Of a DNA stretch of 64,000 nucleotides, positions 59,601-64,000 are shown piece by piece (the first letter of the stretch is position 1; each line of letters opens with the position of its first letter). Origin of the DNA: Eledone cirrhosa (taxonomy: Eukaryota); contig OZ024743.1 in NCBI GenBank assembly GCA_964016885.1, positions 135,098,001 to 135,162,000 on the forward strand, written 5' to 3'. Position numbers and translations under genes: made by a program. The notes below the pieces were generated by a model, which worked only from the letters and a program-made list of their open reading frames with translations, was not told the DNA's origin and searched no databases.

Positions 59601-60629
59601 GGTGCTTGGTGTTTGGTGCTTGGCGTTTGGTGTTTGGTGTTTGCCGTTTGGTGTTTGGTGCTTGGTGCTTGGTGCTTGGTGTTTGGTACTTGGCGTTTGG
59701 TGCTTGGTGCTTGGTGTTTGGTGCCTGGTGCTTGTTGTTTGGTGCTTGGTGCTTGGTGTTTAGTGCTTGGTGCTTGGTGTTTGGTGTTTGGTGCTTGGTG
59801 CATGGTGCTTGGTGTTTGGTGTTTGGTGCTTGGTGTTTGGTGCTTGGAGCTTGGTGCTTCGTGTTTGGTGCTTGGTGATTGGTGCTTGGTGTTTGGTGCA
59901 GGGTGCTTGGTGTTTGGTGCTTGGTGTTTGGTGTTTGGTTTTTGATGCTTGGTGTTTGATGCTTGGTGCTTGGTGCTTGGTGTTTGGTGTTTGGTGCTTG
60001 GTGCATGGTGTTTGTACTTGGTGTTTGGTGCTTGGTGCTTGGTTCTTGGTGTTTGGTGCTTGGTGCTTGGTGCTTGGTGTTTGGTGCTTGGTGTTTGGTG
60101 CTTGGTGCTTGGTGTTTGGTGTTTGGTGTTTGGTGCTTGGTGCTTGGTGCTTGGTGTTTGGTGCTTGGTGCTTGGTGTTTGGTGCTTGGTGCTTGGTGTA
60201 AGGTGTTAGGTGTTTGGTGCTTGGTGCTTGGTGTTTGGTGCTTGGTGCTTGGTGTTTGGTGTTTGGTGCTTGCTGCTTGCTGCTTGGGGTTTGGTGCTTG
60301 GTGATTGGTGCTTGTTGTTTGGTGCTTGGTGCTTGGTGTTTGGTGTTTGGTGCTAGGTGCTTGGTGCTCGGTGCTTGGTGTTTGGTGCTTGGTGTTTGGT
60401 GCTAGGTACTTGGGGCTCGGTGTTTGGTGCTTGGTGCTTGGTGCTTGGTGTTTGGTGCTTGGTGCTTGGTGCTGGGTGGTTGGCGTTTGGTGATTGGTGC
60501 TTGGTGTTTGGTGCTTGGTGTTTGGTGCTTGGTGCTTGGTGCTTGGGGCTTGGTGTTTGGTGCTTGGTGCATGGTGCCTGGTGCTTGGTGTTTGGTTTTT
60601 GGTGCTTGGTGTTTGGTCCTTGGTGCTTG

Positions 60630-63600
60630 GTGCTGGGTGGTTGGCGTTTAGTGCTTGGTGCTTGGTGTTTGGTGGTTGGTGCTTGGTGTTTGGTGCTTGG
60701 TGCCTGGTGCTTGGTGTTTGGTGGTTGGTGTTTGGTGCTTGGTGCTTGGTCTTTGGTGCTTGGTGCTTGGTGTTTGGTGTTTGTTGCTTGCTGCTTGCTG
60801 CTTGGGGTTTGGTGCTTGGTGATTGGTGCTTGGTGTTTGGTGCTTGGTGCTTGGTGTTTGGTGTTTGGTGCTAGGTGCTTGGTGTTTGGTGCTTGGTGTT
60901 TGGTGTTTGGTGTTTACTGTTTGGTGTCTGGTTTTTGGTGTTTGGTGTTTGCTGTATGGTGTTTGCTGTTTCGTGTTTGGTGTTTGCTGTTTGGTGTTTG
61001 GTCTTTGGTGCTTGGTGTTTGGTGCTTGGTGCTTGGTTTTTGGTGTTTAGTGCTTGGTGCCTGGTGCTTGTTGTTTTGTGATTGGTGCTTGGTGTTTGGT
61101 GTTTGGTGCTTGGCGTTTGGTGTTTGGTGTTTGCCGTTTGGTGTTTGGTGCTTGGTGCTTGGTGCTTGGTGTTTGGTGCTTGGCGTTTGGTGCTTGGTGC
61201 TTGGTGTTTGGTGCCTGGTGCTTGTTGTTTGGTGCTTGGTGCTTGGTGTTTAGTGCTTGGTGCTTGGTGTTTGGTGTTTGGTGCTTGGTGCATGGTGCTT
61301 GGTGTTTGGTGTTTGGTGCTTGGTGTTTGGTGCTTGGAGCTTGGTGCTTCGTGTTTGGTGCTTGGTGATTGGTGCTTGGTGTTTGGTGCAGGGTGCTTGG
61401 TGTTTGGTGCTTGGTGTTTGGTGTTTGGTTTTTAATGCTTGGTGTTTGATGCTTGGTGCTTGGTGCTTGGTGTTTCGTGTTTGGTGCTTGGTGCTTGGTG
61501 TTTGTACTTGGTGCTTGGTGCTTGGTGTTTGGTGCTTGGAGTTTGGTGCTTGGTGCTTGGTGCTTGGTGTTTGGTGTTTGGTGTTTGGTGCTTGGTGCTT
61601 GGTGCTTGGTGTTTGGTGCTTGGTGCTTGGTGTTTGGTGCTTGGTGCTTGGTGTAAGGTGTTAGGTGTTTGGTGCTTGGTGCTTGGTGTTTGGTGCTTGG
61701 TGCTTGGTGTTTGGTGTTTGGTGCTTGCTGCTTGCTGCTTGGGGTTTGGTGCTTGGTGATTGGTGCTTGGTGTTTGGTGCTTGGTGCTTGGTGTTTGGTG
61801 TTAGGTGCTAGGTGCTTGGTGCTTGGTGCTAGGTGTTTGGTGCTTGGTGTTTGGTGCTTGGTACTTGGTGTTTGGTGGTTGGTGCTTGGTGCTTGGTGTT
61901 TGGTGTTTGGTGTTTGGTGCCTGGTGCTTGGTGCCTGGTGCTTGGTGTTTTGTGTTTGTTGCTTGGTGCTTGGTGCTGGGTGGTTGGCGTTTGGTGCTTT
62001 GTGCTTGGTGTTTGGTGCTTGGTGCTTGGTGTTTGGTGCTTGGTGCTTGGTCTTTGGTGCTTGGTGTTTGGTGTTTGGTGCTTGGTGCTTGGTGTTTGGT
62101 GCTTGGTGCTTGGTGATTAGTGTTTGGTGCTTGGTGCTTGGGGTTTGGTGTTTGGTGCATGGTGCTTGGTGTTTGGTGCTTGGTGCTTGGTGTTTGGTGC
62201 TTGGTGTTTGGTGTTTGCTGTTTGGTGTTTGGTGTTTGGTGTTTGCTGTTTGGTGTTTGGTGTTTGCTGTTTGCTGTTTGGTGTCTGCTTTTTGGTGTTT
62301 GGTGTTTGCTGTATGGTGTTTGCTGTTTCGTGTTTGGTGTTTGCTGTTTGGTGTTTGGTCTTTGGTGCTTGGTGTTTGGTGCTTGGTGCTTGGTGTTTGG
62401 TGTTTGGTGCTTGGTGCTTGGTGTTTGGTGTTTAGTGCTTGGTGCCTGGTGCTTGTTGTTTGGTGATTGGTGCTTGGTGTTTGGTGTTTGCTGTTTGCTG
62501 TTTGGTGTTTGGTGTTTGCCATTTGGTGTTTGGTGCTAGGTGCTTGGTGCTTGGTGTTTGGTGCTTGGCGTTTGGTGCTTGGTGCTTGGTGTTTGGTGCC
62601 TGGTGCCTGTTGTTTGGTGCTTGGTGCTTGGTGTTTAGTGCTTGGTGTTTGGTGTTTGGTGCTTGGTGCTTGGTGTTTGGTGTTTGGTGCTTGGTGCATG
62701 GTGCTTGGTGTTTGGTGTTTGGTGCTTGGTGTTTGGTGCTTGGAGCTTGGTGCTTCATGTTTGGTGCTTGGTGATTGGTGCTTGGTGTTTGGTGCAGGGT
62801 GCTTGGTGTTTGGTGCTTGGTGTTTGGTGTTTGGTTTTTGATGCTTGGTGTTTGATGCTTGGTGCTTGGTGCTAGGTGTTTGGTGTTTGGTGCTTGATGT
62901 TTGTACTTGGTGCTTGGTGCTTGGTGCTTGGTTCTTGGTGTTTGGTGCTTGGTGCTTGGTGCTTGGTGTTTGGTGCTTGGTGTTTGGTGCTTGGTGCTTG
63001 GTGTTAGGTGTTTGGTGTTTGGTGTTTGGTGCTTGGTGCTTGGTGCTTGGTGTTTGGTGCTTGGTGCTTGGTGTTTGGTGCTTGGTGCCTGGTGCTTGGT
63101 GTTTGGTGGTTGGTGTTTGGTGCTTGGTGCTTGGTATAAGGTGTTAGGTGTTTGGTGCTTGGTGCTTGGTCTTTGGTGCTTGGTGCTTGGAGTTTGGTGT
63201 TTGGTGCTTGCTGCTTGCTGCTTGGGGTTTGGTGCTTGGTGATTGGTGCTTGGTGTTTGGTGCTTGGTGCTTGGTGTTTGGTGTTTGGTGCTAGGTGCTT
63301 GGTGCTTGGTGCTTGGTGTTTGGTGCTTGGTGTTTGGTGTTTGGTACTTGGGGCTTGGTGTTTGGTGCTTGGTGCTTGGTGCTTGGTGTTTGGTGTTTGG
63401 TGTTTGGTGCTTGGTGCTTGGTGCTGGGTGGTTGGCGTTTAGTGCTTGGTGCTTGGTGTTTGGTGGTTGGTGCTTGGTGTTTGGTGCTTGGTGCCTGGTG
63501 CTTGGTGTTTGGTGGTTGGTGTTTGGTGCTTGGTGCTTGGTCTTTGGTGCTTGGTGCTTGGTGTTTGGTGTTTGGTGCTTGCTGCTTGCTGCTTGGGGTT

Positions 63601-64000
63601 TGGTGCTTGGTGATTGGTGCTTGGTGTTTGGTGCTTGGTGCTTGGTGTTTGGTGTTTGGTGCTAGGTGCTTGGTGCTTGGTGCTTGGTGTTTGGTGTTTG
63701 GTGTTTACTGTTTGGTGTCTGGTTTTTGGTGTTTGGTGTTTGCTGTATGGTGTTTGCTGTTTCGTGTTTGGTGTTTGCTGTTTGGTGTTTGGTCTTTGGT
63801 GCTTGGTGTTTGGTGCTTGGTGCTTGGTTTTTGGTGTTTAGTGCTTGGTGCCTGGAGCTTGTTGTTTTGTGATTGGTGCTTGGTGTTTGGTGTTTGGTGC
63901 TTGGCGTTTGGTGTTTGGTGTTTGCCGTTTGGTGTTTGGTGCTTGGTGCTTGGTGCTTGGTGTTTGGTGCTTGGCGTTTGGTGCTTGGTGCTTGGTGTTT
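60630..64000 (+). repeat. Probable 2,791-bp tandem duplication, with the second copy (from ~63421) cut by the window end
   Basis: ORF pairs 60823/63614 and 60875/63666 share offset 2791. The private markers TTGGCGT-TTAGTGC and TTACTGT-TTGGTGT-CTGGTTT recur at that offset. Confidence 0.7.

Larger units (their letters stand above)
1..64000 (+). repeat. Heptameric satellite array (TTGGTGY)n, ~9,100 monomers, head-to-tail, one orientation, running off both window ends
   Basis: Every line parses into TTGGTGC/TTGGTGT or near variants (TTGCTGT, TTGGTGA, TTGGTCT, TTAGTGY, TAGGTGY, CTGGTGC, TTGTTGT, TTGATGC). The + strand is T/G-rich and almost free of A. No RCACCAA tract appears on the + strand. Confidence 0.99.
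2100..64000 (+). repeat. Irregular ~2 kb higher-order repeat defined by an ordered series of variant monomers
   Basis: The landmark TTGGTGA-TTAGTGT (GATTAG) occurs at 2111, 3929, 4587, 6041, 8217, 8707, 10219 and onward, often alternating ~0.5-0.7 kb and ~1.4-1.7 kb gaps. AAGGTGT-TAGGTGT occurs at ~3460, ~5588 and ~7518. Confidence 0.8.

Noticed and set aside
18-63872. Hundreds of ORFs resembling membrane proteins (+) or mucin-like proteins (-)
   Set aside because: They overlap in all frames, encode the same heptapeptide, have no unique domains, and start and stop only at sporadic variant monomers. They are artefacts of the repeat.
1-64000. CRISPR array or other repeat-spacer system
   Set aside because: There are no unique spacers, no 23-50 bp constant repeat, and no leader or cas genes.
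1-64000. Stable G-quadruplex or i-motif array
   Set aside because: G runs are almost all GG with 5-nt loops, and GGG/GGGG runs are sparse. At most weak two-tetrad structures are possible, which the sequence cannot establish.
1-64000. Fungal RIP or CpG-deamination signature explaining the variants
   Set aside because: The abundant TG/CA dinucleotides are mostly intact, the variable C is in a CpT context, and many variants are transversions.
1-64000. Bacterial heptamer repeats (cyanobacterial STRR-type or other short intergenic heptamer tracts)
   Set aside because: Those tracts are typically tens to hundreds of bp between genes. A gene-free tract of at least 64 kb does not fit, although the taxon cannot be proven here.
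1-64000. Pure sequencing artefact or synthetic low-complexity sequence
   Set aside because: Rare variants recur in conserved order with graded divergence and nested duplications, as expected of an evolved array. Individual near-identical copies still need read support.

Overview
The whole 64 kb window is one uninterrupted, single-orientation tandem array of a 7-bp monomer, TTGGTGY (TTGGTGC / TTGGTGT; reverse complement RCACCAA), about 9,100 copies (64,000/7). I see no unique sequence, gene, RNA gene, transposon, CRISPR spacer or inversion. All ORFs in the track are by-products of a stop-free heptamer: WCLV[L/F]G[A/V] on +, KHQ[A/T]P[S/N]T on -. The array is not homogeneous. Its C/T pattern and rare variant monomers reveal layered higher-order structure: a ~2 kb cycle of ordered variants, regional sub-periods (~0.95 kb and ~1.35-1.4 kb), and near-identical tandem duplications of ~7.4-7.5 kb, 3,720 bp (nested in an older ~9 kb duplication), 4,868 bp and probably 2,791 bp. 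The first ~1.5 kb is more diverged. The best reading is a satellite with higher-order repeats, most likely eukaryotic (centromeric, pericentromeric or telomere-associated). Neither the organism nor the function can be determined from the sequence alone. Coordinates were read by eye and from ORF-track offsets, so breakpoints are approximate.
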